A stretch of DNA of 64,000 nucleotides. It comes from an uncultured Gammaproteobacteria bacterium. Its GTDB lineage: Bacteria; Pseudomonadota; Gammaproteobacteria; SZUA-229. How positions within the stretch are numbered: the stretch's first letter is position 1; each line of letters begins with the position of its first letter. The DNA is taken from contig CAJXZZ010000001.1 of the NCBI GenBank assembly GCA_913065105.1, positions 95,198 through 159,197 of the forward strand. The letters are read 5' to 3'. Below, piece after piece: positions 12,577-21,914 of the stretch. Below the pieces are notes generated by a model. That model saw only the letters and a list, made by a program, of their open reading frames with translations, had not been told where the DNA came from and did not search any database. A program made the position numbers and the translations under genes.

Positions 12577-13965
12577 GTGAACACTAAGACCATCACACTA
12601 TTCTCCGGCCCATTAGCTGCACTGCTAATGTATTTTCTGATCATCAATACATCCGCAGCAGCTAACAACACGGCTTTGGCTATCACCGCCGCCGTTGCTA
12701 TATTATGTGTTGTCTGGTGGATCTTCGAACCGCTACCCATCCCTGTCACTTCTCTGCTACCTCTCGCTATCTTTCAGATAAGCGGCGTACTCACTGCTAA
12801 AGAAATCGGCCAGTCTTATGGTAGTCCGCTGATCCTGTTATTGCTCGGTGGTTTTATCCTGTCCAAAACGATGGAACGAAGCGGTACACATCTACGTCTC
12901 GCCCTGTTCATGGTCAATCTATTTGGTAGTACCAGTAGTAAACAGCTGGTACTCGGTTTTATGGTCACCGCAGCCATTTTAAGTATGTGGATATCCAATA
13001 CCGCCACCACCTTAATGCTGTTACCAGTAGCATTGGCAGTAGCCAATCAGGCCAAGGACAAACAGCTCGCTGTACCGCTGATGTTAGGCATTGCATTTGC
13101 CGCCAGTATCGGTGGCATTGGCACACCCATCGGCACGCCACCCAATCTGGTCTTCATGCAAGTGTATGAACAGCAGTTCAATAAAAACATTGGTTTTACT
13201 GAATGGATGAGCTGGGGCATACCCGTGGTACTGTGCATGATCCCCATAACCTGGTTATGGCTAACCAGAAAACTCAGCTACACGGGTGGTTTCGAGATGC
13301 CTGACGTAGGCAGATGGAGCACGACAGAAAAACGTGTAATGACAGTCTTCGTTCTGACGGCAAGCGCATGGATAACGAGGAAAGAACCTTTTGGCGGCTG
13401 GAGCAACTGGCTGGATTTACCGAATGCAAATGATGCCTCTGTGGCATTGATTGCGGTGATACTGATGTTCATCATATCCGATGGTAAAGGTAAAGGTGAA
13501 AAACTGCTCGACTGGGAAACAGCTGTAACGATTCCCTGGGGCATCCTTTTATTATTTGGCGGCGGCATCACTTTAGCCGCAGCATTTGGCGCTTCCGGTT
13601 TGAGCGCAACCCTCGCCGAAAACCTATCCGATTTATCAAGCTTGCCTGTCCTGCTGATGATATTTATAATCTGCCTGGGAGTTACATTTTTAACAGAAAC
13701 GACCAGCAATACCGCAAGCACAGTTTTATTAATGCCGGTATTAGCAGCTACTGCTATAGGTTCAAACATAGACCCTAAATTATTAATGATACCTGCTGCC
13801 ATCAGTGCCAGCTGTGCTTTTATGATGCCGGTAGCTACGGCGCCAAACAGTATTGTTTATGCCAGCGGTTTTTTTACTACCAGGAAAATGGCTAGTGAAG
13901 GTATCATTTTAAATGTTAGTGGAGCGATTATTATAACAACGCTCTGTTATCTTATTCTGGTCTAG
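12577..13965 (+). CDS. SLC13/DASS-family Na+-coupled anion (di/tricarboxylate or sulfate) symporter
   Basis: SMWISNTATT, TPIGTPPN, TETTSNTA and PVATAPN hairpin motifs; highly hydrophobic. Confidence 0.9.
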   Translation: MNTKTITLFSGPLAALLMYFLIINTSAAANNTALAITAAVAILCVVWWIFEPLPIPVTSLLPLAIFQISGVLTAKEIGQSYGSPLILLLLGGFILSKTMERSGTHLRLALFMVNLFGSTSSKQLVLGFMVTAAILSMWISNTATTLMLLPVALAVANQAKDKQLAVPLMLGIAFAASIGGIGTPIGTPPNLVFMQVYEQQFNKNIGFTEWMSWGIPVVLCMIPITWLWLTRKLSYTGGFEMPDVGRWSTTEKRVMTVFVLTASAWITRKEPFGGWSNWLDLPNANDASVALIAVILMFIISDGKGKGEKLLDWETAVTIPWGILLLFGGGITLAAAFGASGLSATLAENLSDLSSLPVLLMIFIICLGVTFLTETTSNTASTVLLMPVLAATAIGSNIDPKLLMIPAAISASCAFMMPVATAPNSIVYASGFFTTRKMASEGIILNVSGAIIITTLCYLILV

Positions 13966-14029
13966 TCCTTTAAAAATAAAATCACTTACAATTAAGAAAA
14001 ATTGCTTACGTTCACCGGGATTTAAATTT

Positions 14030-14632
14030 ATGTCACACCAACAATTCGACACAGCCATCACACTTATCGACGCGGCCAATAGCGAAGATCCAAATCTGGA
14101 AATAAGTGACGGCAAAGACTGGCCGAAGGAGCTGCTTTACTCTCACCGCATGTCTGACATGCTCGAACGCTATGACGCTGATGCTGACGAGGCGCAACGG
14201 CTGTCTGTCCGTGCTCAACATATCCAACGTTGGCAATCACCGCGCAGTAACTACCCGATGAATCGTAAAGGCTACTATCAGTGGCGTACTGATCTTTATA
14301 AATTTCATGCAGAGACTACCGCTGACCTGCTAGTAAAAGCTGGTTATAACGATGAGGTTATCGAGCGCGTGAAACAGGCAGTGGGTAAAAAGTCGATAAA
14401 GTCTAATCCGGACACCCAGCTACTAGAAGATGTTATTGCGCTGGTATTTATCGAACATTACATGTTGGGTTTTGCATCCAGGCATCCAGAATACAGCGAA
14501 GACAAATGGCTCGATATCATTGCCAAAACATGGAAAAAAATGTCAGATCGGGCGCAACAATTCACCCTCGATGGACATATCACACTACCCGAATCACTGG
14601 TCCCACTGATTCAGAAAGCAGTAGCCAGATAA
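14030..14632 (+). CDS. DUF4202-family protein
   Basis: IDAANSEDPN, ELLYSHRM, RAQHIQRW..PR..YP..RKGY.QWR, QLLEDVIALVF, KTWKKMS. Confidence 0.8.
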   Translation: MSHQQFDTAITLIDAANSEDPNLEISDGKDWPKELLYSHRMSDMLERYDADADEAQRLSVRAQHIQRWQSPRSNYPMNRKGYYQWRTDLYKFHAETTADLLVKAGYNDEVIERVKQAVGKKSIKSNPDTQLLEDVIALVFIEHYMLGFASRHPEYSEDKWLDIIAKTWKKMSDRAQQFTLDGHITLPESLVPLIQKAVAR

Positions 14633-14672
14633 AATCTGGCCATGTGTGATTTCTATAGCTTATAAGACGTTC

Positions 14673-15389
14673 TTATAATTCAGCATCATGATAAATATTC
14701 TGCACATCATCCAGATCATTTAGCATGTCTATAAACTTATCAAACATTTCTACATCATCACCTGTTATAGGCGTACTGCCTTTTGGCAGAAATTGAATTT
14801 CATCCACATCAAAGTCAAGCTCACCAAATGCTTCCATTAAAGCTTTCTTGACCTTAAAATATTCCGTATTAGGCGCAAATATTGTTATTTTTCCATCGTC
14901 ATTCTCAATATCGGTGACATCGACGTCAGCCATTAACAATGCTTCTAGAGCAGCCTCTTCATCATCACCTTTAAATGACAGAATGCATGCATGATCAAAC
15001 ATGTGACTGACGGTCCCTTCGGTGCCAATCTTACTTTTTGTTTTAGTAAAACACTGGCGCACATCGCCAAAGGTACGGTTGGGGTTATCGGTCAGGCAAT
15101 CGACGATCACCATACAACCACCCGGACCAAATCCTTCATAACGAGCGACGGAAAAATCTTCACCACCCGCACCCTGGGCTTTACTGATGGCTTTTTCGAT
15201 GACATGGCTTGGTACCTGATCTTTTTTTGCACGTTCGATCAGGCCTCGCAAGGCCAGATTACCGTCTGTATCAGAGCCACCCTCTTTAGCGCACATATAG
15301 ATTACACGGCCATATTTACTGTAGACCTTGGCTTTAGCGTCGGACGTTTTAGCCATCGACTCTTTGCGGTTCTGATAGGCTCTGCCCAT
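14673..15389 (-). CDS. YebC/PmpR-family protein
   Basis: [15 protein letters not shown]..., [26 protein letters not shown]. Start set at 15389 rather than 15482. Confidence 0.93.
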   Translation of the reverse strand: MGRAYQNRKESMAKTSDAKAKVYSKYGRVIYMCAKEGGSDTDGNLALRGLIERAKKDQVPSHVIEKAISKAQGAGGEDFSVARYEGFGPGGCMVIVDCLTDNPNRTFGDVRQCFTKTKSKIGTEGTVSHMFDHACILSFKGDDEEAALEALLMADVDVTDIENDDGKITIFAPNTEYFKVKKALMEAFGELDFDVDEIQFLPKGSTPITGDDVEMFDKFIDMLNDLDDVQNIYHDAEL

Positions 15390-15595
15390 TACGCTTATGC
15401 TCCGTTGAAAAGGGTTAAAAATACAAAGTTTACAGATAAGTCTCCATATTTGGAATCCCATCAGATACCTCAAAATTATCATGTTTAGGAGAGATTAATT
15501 ATTAATTTACGCATACTCCCCTTTTAGTTTCAAAACTGTTAGGCTATGGGGGTGTAACACACTAATTAACTAATTTAAATTCAGGTAAAAGTTTT

Positions 15596-15799
15596 ATGGC
15601 TACAGGTACTGTAAAGTGGTTTAACGAATCCAAAGGTTTTGGTTTTATTTCTCAGGACGACGGCGGCGCAGACGTATTCGTTCATTTCAATGCAATTCAG
15701 GGTGAAGGTTTCAAAACTCTAAATGAAGGTCAGGCTGTTACCTTTGATGTTGAGAACGGCCCTAAAGGTCTACAGGCTAGCAACGTTATGCCTAAGTAG
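15596..15799 (+). CDS. Cold-shock domain protein (CspA family)
   Basis: GTVKWFN..KGFGFI (RNP1), DVFVHF (RNP2), [10 protein letters not shown]. Confidence 0.97.
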   Translation: MATGTVKWFNESKGFGFISQDDGGADVFVHFNAIQGEGFKTLNEGQAVTFDVENGPKGLQASNVMPK

Positions 15800-15821
15800 G
15801 ACTTATCGGAAATACCGATAT

Positions 15822-15850
15822 AAAAAACCTCGCCTCGGCGGGGTTTTTTT
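15822..15850 (+). terminator. Intrinsic terminator after the csp gene
   Basis: AAAAAACCTCGC-CTCG-GCGGGGTTTTTTT GC stem followed by a T7 tract. Confidence 0.85.
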
Positions 15851-15898
15851 ATGTATCATGATTTGCTTAATCTTCAATGTTCAAAGAATGCATCTATC

Positions 15899-16372
15899 AT
15901 GGAAAAACCCACACTGCTCATTACCGTTATAAGTAGCTTACTTTTACTCTGCAGCTATTCAGCCGATGCTGAAATCTACAAATGGATAGATGAACAGGGC
16001 AAGGTACACTTTACCGACAACCCGCCCAGTAACAAACAAGCTGAAGAAGTTAAACTCAAGATCAATACTTATTCTTCTGTAGAAATAAAACCGCTCGTAG
16101 AAAGACTGGGAAAGGCGAACAAGGTGGTTATGTATAGTGCTGAGTGGTGCGGCATTTGCAAACAAGCAAAACAATATTTTAGAAAAAATAATATCGCTTA
16201 CGTTTCTTACGATGTTGAAAAAAGCAGAACCGGAAAAATGGACTTTAAATTACTGGGCGGCAAAAGCATTCCTGTCATAATAGTTGGTAACAAAAGGATG
16301 AACGGCTTTAATATTTCAAAATTTGATAAGTTATATAAAGACCAGAAGAAACAGAATGCGACTGAAGGTTAA
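15899..16372 (+). CDS. Exported DUF4124 + glutaredoxin-like domain protein
   Basis: Signal peptide, IYKWIDEQGKVHFTDNPP (DUF4124-like), VVMYSAEWCGICKQAK (CxxC). Start set at 15899. Confidence 0.82.
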   Translation: MEKPTLLITVISSLLLLCSYSADAEIYKWIDEQGKVHFTDNPPSNKQAEEVKLKINTYSSVEIKPLVERLGKANKVVMYSAEWCGICKQAKQYFRKNNIAYVSYDVEKSRTGKMDFKLLGGKSIPVIIVGNKRMNGFNISKFDKLYKDQKKQNATEG

Positions 16373-16409
16373 ACCTACTCTGGCTGCCCTATCCCCATTT
16401 CGTCTTGTC

Positions 16410-16427
16410 TATTGACCTGAGTCAATA
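16410..16427. promoter_or_regulatory. FNR/CRP-family (FNR/Anr/Dnr-type) box upstream of the HIG1-like gene
   Basis: Perfect 7-4-7 palindrome TATTGAC-CTGA-GTCAATA; TAGAAT -10-like hexamer at 16447-16452, consistent with class II spacing. Confidence 0.65.
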
Positions 16428-16470
16428 ATATCCATGCTCATCTGAATAGAATAAAGATAGGAGGTGGATT

Positions 16471-16665
16471 ATGTCATTACTAACGATAACAATTATTTTA
16501 GCTCTAATAGCTACCATTATTACCCTCGTATGGGGTGTTGGCTCGATGGCCATGGGTGGGGCCTATGATGAAAAACACAGCGAGCAGCTGATGTTTACGC
16601 GGATTGGTATCCAGGCATTTGCCTTTGTTATGTTATTAGTTGCGGTTTACCTTACTGTCGCCTGA
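16471..16665 (+). CDS. HIG1-domain / twin-transmembrane-helix small protein
   Basis: Two TM helices separated by GVGSMAMGG.YDEKHSEQLM..RI..Q; strong RBS GGAGGTGG. Confidence 0.8.
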   Translation: MSLLTITIILALIATIITLVWGVGSMAMGGAYDEKHSEQLMFTRIGIQAFAFVMLLVAVYLTVA

Positions 16666-16939
16666 CGCTGGTTCGGACATCTGGGGTTATCACCGATGAC
16701 GAAAGTCATCGGAGAGGAGTTTTCGCACTCAGGAAAAGTATCAGGCTAGGTCTATTCACCGTCCATTCCCCTATTCACTGCACTAAGCAAATCTCAATGC
16801 CTGTGATATCAGCCCGATTTTATTTAATATGATTATGTTTTATAAGTATCATTTAAATTTGTATCTATAATCTAATTAAATTAATCACGGCTGCTTAGAC
16901 AATCACAGGCGCCTAAAGCAAGTATTAAGGGGGTTAAAG

Positions 16940-17311
16940 ATGGCAATGATCATACAAACGATAGATGGCGTAGTCACAAACAAATTTGATGTCGGCCAAA
17001 CCGCGCTTACATTTGGACGAACAACCGATAATCAGATACAGATTGATGATCTGGCCGTCAGCAATGAACATGCCCAGGTTATTTGCGAAGCCAATTCAAA
17101 AGGCGATGACGTTTATTTCCTCGAAGATCTTGGCAGTACAAATGGGTCTTTTATTAACGAACAAAAAATAACGAAACAACAGTTACATCATAAGGACAGT
17201 TTACGTATTGGCTGGAATGTTTTTACCTTCATCGATGAAGACGAGGTAGATCTTGAAAAAACCAGTAAAATCAAAAAAAGCTGGATACCGGGCATATACT
17301 ATTCAAAATAG
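16940..17311 (+). CDS. Stand-alone FHA domain protein
   Basis: FGR..DNQI, VSNEHA and DLGSTNGSFIN phosphothreonine-binding motifs. Confidence 0.9.
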   Translation: MAMIIQTIDGVVTNKFDVGQTALTFGRTTDNQIQIDDLAVSNEHAQVICEANSKGDDVYFLEDLGSTNGSFINEQKITKQQLHHKDSLRIGWNVFTFIDEDEVDLEKTSKIKKSWIPGIYYSK

Positions 17312-17374
17312 TAGATGTCGATCGCTAATCTGGCAGCAAACATGAGACATTGCATCTGAATAATTACTGCTGTG

Positions 17375-17959
17375 TTAACGCTGTGACATTGTAAGTAGCT
17401 GCTTCCAGGCAGACAAAACTGATTCTTCCACGTCCAAATTTTTATCGCGTCTCAACTCCTCTGGTATTTTTTTAAGATAAATAACACGATCAGGGTGACC
17501 TTTAGGAAACTCTGCCAGTTGATCAAAAAACAGGAATCCGTTTACCGGCACATTGGGTATACAGGCTGAAATTGCCTTTATCTGACAGTCAAGATCGCCC
17601 AACGGGTTTTTGAAACGGTAGCTTTTCTGTCCCAACATCTGCGTCCAATCATCGATATTATCGGCACAAAATATTTTACCCGGATACTGCTTGTAGACCA
17701 GCAAAGTGATGCCGTCATGGCGCAAGATTAGTCTATCAATAGTGAAATAATTACCCAAACCATCGGGCCATTGAAAGTTTGTCTTTTGTTTAAAACCCAG
17801 TCGATTCAGGCGATAACGTGTTTTGAAGTTCAGCCAGATGTGTTTGATTTTTCTGCGATTCAGCAAAACAACAGCAAGTAAACTTATGACCAATGCAACA
17901 GAAAATGCATACGGCTCTATTATTAGATTAACTGTTTGAAATATATCATTAATAGTCAT
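17375..17959 (-). CDS. NERD (nuclease-related domain) protein with N-terminal membrane anchor
   Basis: TM segment then IDRLILRHDGITLLVYKQYPG...WTQ...RFKNP, matching the NERD pattern. Confidence 0.72.
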   Translation of the reverse strand: MTINDIFQTVNLIIEPYAFSVALVISLLAVVLLNRRKIKHIWLNFKTRYRLNRLGFKQKTNFQWPDGLGNYFTIDRLILRHDGITLLVYKQYPGKIFCADNIDDWTQMLGQKSYRFKNPLGDLDCQIKAISACIPNVPVNGFLFFDQLAEFPKGHPDRVIYLKKIPEELRRDKNLDVEESVLSAWKQLLTMSQR

Positions 17960-18320
17960 GCAAATTTAAGGACTAGCCTTTCCATATAAACCATTCTTGA
18001 AAAATGAGAGATACTGATTTTAGCATGTTTGAAAACCACTCCGTTTATGGGTACTTTTAACACCAACTTAGCTGCTTTTCTGCTATTTAAGCATAAAATC
18101 ACTACCCACAATGCCATCAAAATATCACCAGAAATAATGAAGTCATTTAATAATATTGCTATATAATTAAACACTTATTATTAATTAGCATCTTGTAATA
18201 TTTTTTGTTGGCGGTATTGAGTCTAAGGATTCCCTATATTTTTCCGAAGTCTCAACAAAATGATTACCCATATAACCAATTATTTCAACCGGGCTGCTCA
18301 CTAACATCAGGTATTTAATT

Positions 18321-19166
18321 ATGTCAGAAAAAAAATCCGAAACAAAAACAACCACAAAGAAAAAAGTTGTTAAAAAAGCAGTACCAGCGAATGAAACCCA
18401 GCTAAAAGAAACCACGGTCAAAAAAGCAGCGAGCATCAAAAAAAAATCTGCGCCTAAAACTGCAACAAAAAAAGCTGAGGTCGATCAAAATATTATGCCG
18501 ACCATACAGGCCATTGTAGAAGAAATGGCTCAGGATCGTGAAAGCCGAGACAAACAGATCTCTTCGCTAATCAATGAAGTTCGTGATGGTTTCGGTACCC
18601 TGTCAGACAAGACCAACACACAAGGCAAAGAACACGAAAAAGAAATGACTGGTCTCTACCAGTCGCTACAAAATGCTTTTGGCAAAATCAAAGAAGGTAG
18701 CAGTAAGAGTGAGGACCGGAACCTGACTATTTTTAAGAGTCTGTCCGACTCGATCATGAAGGATCATGAGCAAACGTTGATGGAAGTCCATGAGCAGGAA
18801 AAGCTTCAGGACATGAAAATAAAATACATGGAAAAAATGCAGGAACAACGGTCTGGACGAAATCGTTTGATCGCTATTCCTGGTATGATTATCGCCATCA
18901 TTAGCATTTTTTACATGTTTAACATTGTAACCATCATGGAATCAGCTATGACCAATATGTCACAGGACATGCACAAGATTCAGTTATCGGTCGGTAATAT
19001 GTCAGAAAATGTAGCGACCATAAGCCAGGACACATCGAGTATGAATACTAATATGCAGCAACTTAATGGCAACATGAATCAGATGAGTAAAGACCTTAAT
19101 GTAATGACAAATAATGTCGCGCCAGCAATGCAAGGTATGCGCAATGTAATGCCATGGGCACCTTAA
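18321..19166 (+). CDS. Hypothetical bitopic membrane protein: Lys-rich N-terminus, coiled coil, one TM helix, Met/Asn-rich C-terminal heptads
   Basis: 281-aa open frame followed by a long terminator-like hairpin; no family recognised. Confidence 0.8.
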   Translation: MSEKKSETKTTTKKKVVKKAVPANETQLKETTVKKAASIKKKSAPKTATKKAEVDQNIMPTIQAIVEEMAQDRESRDKQISSLINEVRDGFGTLSDKTNTQGKEHEKEMTGLYQSLQNAFGKIKEGSSKSEDRNLTIFKSLSDSIMKDHEQTLMEVHEQEKLQDMKIKYMEKMQEQRSGRNRLIAIPGMIIAIISIFYMFNIVTIMESAMTNMSQDMHKIQLSVGNMSENVATISQDTSSMNTNMQQLNGNMNQMSKDLNVMTNNVAPAMQGMRNVMPWAP

Positions 19167-19205
19167 ACAGAGTCACTAAATTTAATCCATAAAGTTTGTC
19201 GCCGT

Positions 19206-19264
19206 AAAAAAGCTCGGCGCATAATGTTTCTGATTTTAGTAAACATTGTGCACCGAGCTTTTTT
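19206..19264. terminator. Long (24-bp, two non-Watson-Crick positions) hairpin with A/T tracts, probable bidirectional terminator
   Basis: AAAAAAGCTCGGCGCATAATGTTT ... AAACATTGTGCACCGAGCTTTTTT. Confidence 0.75.
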
Positions 19265-19466
19265 ATCGAACAATGAATAACGAAAGAAAAATTTCATCTC
19301 AAAGCTACGACACGTATCAACATTGAGATGGAGGCCCATGGTAACGAAAACAGAGATTCTCAATTTAAATCTATATATAGCTATACAGTCAATGGAGCAG
19401 AGACTTTCCTGACACATTCGCTTTTCATTGCTAAAATGACGTCCAAACCTACACTGGATAATCATT

Positions 19467-20855
19467 TTGACTCAACTTGCGTTTTCATCTCTTAAGCTAC
19501 ATGCCGATCTTCTAAAAAATCTATCGTCTCTTGGTTATGAGGTGATGACACCCATACAGGCACAGAGTCTACCTCATATTCTAGCGGGCAAAGATGTCAT
19601 CGCTCAGGGACAGACCGGTTCAGGTAAAACAGCTGCATTCGGGCTTGGTTTACTGGAAAAGTTAGAAGTAAAACGCTTTCGCATCCAGTCTTTGGTGCTC
19701 TGTCCTACGCGAGAACTTGCCGACCAGGTAGCCAAAGAAATTCGTCGACTGGCTCGAAGCATTCATAACATAAAGACGTTAACCTTATGTGGCGGCATGC
19801 CCTTTGGCCCACAGGTTGGCTCTCTTGAACATGGCGCCCATATTATTGTTGGTACTCCCGGTCGTATAGAAGAACACTTGCGCAAAGGCACGTTAAAGCT
19901 GAATGATTTGAAGATACTGGTGCTTGATGAAGCAGACCGCATGCTCGAAATGGGATTTCAATCTGCACTGGATGCCATCATCGAACAGACACCCGAGCAG
20001 CGTCAGACCTTGTTATTTAGTGCCACCTTCCCTGATCAGATAAAATCTATAACCAGTCGAATCATGCTCGATCCTGTACAGGTCGCCGTCACTTCCACAC
20101 ATGACGATACCAGTATCGAGCAACATTTTTACAAAGTAGATGACGACGAACAGCGTATGACTGCGCTGCGCCTGCTGTTGCTGCAGCATTCACCCGAATC
20201 TGCCGTAGTATTTTGCAATACCAAACGCGAAACACAGGATGTAGCTGACGAACTTGCCGATTATGGTTTTAGCGTACTGGCCTTGCATGGCGACCTCGAA
20301 CAGAGAGACCGGGACCAGACGCTGGTGCGCTTCGCCAATAAAAGTGCCGCCGTTCTCGTTGCTACTGATGTGGCAGCACGTGGCCTTGATATTGACGCCC
20401 TCGACCTTGTTATTAACTACCACATCGCTCGTGATACTGAAGTACATACTCATCGTATCGGACGCACAGGGCGCGCTGGCAGCAAAGGGGTTGCCTGTTC
20501 TATATACAGTGATAAAGAACATTATAAAGTTGCTTTACTGGGCGACTATCTGGACAGGATAATAGAAAGTGAACCGCTACCACCACGCAGCCTGTTAGAT
20601 GAATCACCCAGGCAACCGTCGATGACAACCATACAGATCGATGGCGGCAAAAAACAAAAAATTCGCCCGGGTGATATTCTTGGCGCTTTAACCGGAAAAA
20701 ATGGCATCACAGGAAAACAGGTTGGCAAGATTCATATCTTTGAGAACTGGGCATACGTCGCTATTGACCATAAAGTGATCAACCCTGCGCTGAAAAAATT
20801 AGTCGATGGAAAATTAAAGGGGCGTTCATTCCGTGTCCGACAACTACGCGGCTAA
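19467..20855 (+). CDS. dbpA: ATP-dependent RNA helicase DbpA
   Basis: TPIQ, GSGKT, PTRELA, DEAD, SAT and HRIGRTGR motifs; C-terminal GGKKQKIRPGDILGAL RNA-binding domain; TTG start. Confidence 0.95.
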   Translation: MTQLAFSSLKLHADLLKNLSSLGYEVMTPIQAQSLPHILAGKDVIAQGQTGSGKTAAFGLGLLEKLEVKRFRIQSLVLCPTRELADQVAKEIRRLARSIHNIKTLTLCGGMPFGPQVGSLEHGAHIIVGTPGRIEEHLRKGTLKLNDLKILVLDEADRMLEMGFQSALDAIIEQTPEQRQTLLFSATFPDQIKSITSRIMLDPVQVAVTSTHDDTSIEQHFYKVDDDEQRMTALRLLLLQHSPESAVVFCNTKRETQDVADELADYGFSVLALHGDLEQRDRDQTLVRFANKSAAVLVATDVAARGLDIDALDLVINYHIARDTEVHTHRIGRTGRAGSKGVACSIYSDKEHYKVALLGDYLDRIIESEPLPPRSLLDESPRQPSMTTIQIDGGKKQKIRPGDILGALTGKNGITGKQVGKIHIFENWAYVAIDHKVINPALKKLVDGKLKGRSFRVRQLRG

Positions 20856-21035
20856 GGAAATAATAACTGACTAATTCTGTATCCACAGCAGAAGCCAGGT
20901 TTCACAGAATAATTTATATATAAAAGTTCTTAACAGTTTCTGACAGACAAATTGATTACGCCTGTGTTTTTAACTCATAACAATAGACGACTGACAATAC
21001 CAGCCGTCTATCTGATGAAAACCAAATCCTGGTCA

Positions 21036-21914
21036 CTATTTTTTATCTTGTTCAGTAATCTCCCAACCATAAACGATGCCAGTGAGATATTTATAGTAGC
21101 CGTCATAATCTGTATTATCAGTAACTAGCATTTTGTCTGCCTTGGGTGTAAACCGCTTCAATGTAGGTGCGGTACTTTCACTAACCTCAGTCAGGGCAGC
21201 AGTAATTAACTTACGCCGCTCTTCACTAATCCTGCTACTTACAGTAATCCCTTGATTGGCTATAGGCTTACTCTTAAATATTATCTTTAATTTTTCACGT
21301 TCCTCTTCCGTGACTTTTTTCGTATAGAACTTATCACGCATTACAGCTGCTTTGCACTTACCATTTTTGAAAGCATTATAAACTCCTTTCATCCCGCCTT
21401 TCACACTTATCATCGCAGGCAAGCTCACAGGATCCTGATACTCGGCGAGCATAGTCAGTGATGACAGATTAGGGGCTGCGATAGAACAGACAGTCAGATT
21501 CTTAAGATCAGCGACACTATTAACTTCCCTGCCATTATATCCTTTAACATCTTTCGCAGTCACAACGATAAAACCAAGATTGCCCGGCAGTTTCGCCACG
21601 GGGGTGTGACCAAACTGCTTGATGCGCCAGGACATAAAGTGTGGCCCATCAAAAACGATATCGAATTTATCAGTACGCATATCTCGCTGGTAATAAAGCC
21701 AGCCTTTGGGTTGCTGATAAGTAACTTTTTCTCCTAATAGTTCAGTTAATTTTTCAGCCAGTGGGCCATATTGTTTCAAGCCATCAGCGGCACTCTCGCG
21801 TGGTGGTGCAGTCAGCACCAATTCAGCGTGTGCTGGTGTCAAAAAACAAGATAATAAAAAAATTATTAGTATATTTCGAGAAAGATATCGATTAGAAAGA
21901 TCGGTACAAAACAT
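21036..21914 (-). CDS. Phosphate/phosphite/phosphonate (PhnD-like) periplasmic binding-protein family, stand-alone
   Basis: Signal peptide; LTAPPRES...YGPLAEKL..LLG.KV, DIVFDGPHF, FKSKPIANQGITV. Confidence 0.65.
   Translation of the reverse strand: MFCTDLSNRYLSRNILIIFLLSCFLTPAHAELVLTAPPRESAADGLKQYGPLAEKLTELLGEKVTYQQPKGWLYYQRDMRTDKFDIVFDGPHFMSWRIKQFGHTPVAKLPGNLGFIVVTAKDVKGYNGREVNSVADLKNLTVCSIAAPNLSSLTMLAEYQDPVSLPAMISVKGGMKGVYNAFKNGKCKAAVMRDKFYTKKVTEEEREKLKIIFKSKPIANQGITVSSRISEERRKLITAALTEVSESTAPTLKRFTPKADKMLVTDNTDYDGYYKYLTGIVYGWEITEQDKK

Noticed and set aside
15390-15482. N-terminal extension of the YebC-family ORF
   Set aside because: Family members begin MGRA...; the upstream ATG gives a non-homologous leader.
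16663-16749. Selenocysteine read-through of the HIG1-like TGA using the GAAA hairpin as a SECIS
   Set aside because: Spacing is borderline compatible, but the protein looks complete at the TGA, the extension resembles nothing, and I know of no Sec/Cys site at this position in the family.
17956-18174. 72-aa minus-strand ORF upstream of the NERD gene
   Set aside because: AT-rich divergent promoter region, no RBS or family motif recognised.
19338-19412. 24-codon ORF with GGAGG upstream, before dbpA
   Set aside because: Only 3 nt between the Shine-Dalgarno and ATG, and no other support.
19163-19465. 100-aa minus-strand ORF
   Set aside because: Runs through a long terminator hairpin and the dbpA upstream region; no protein-like features.
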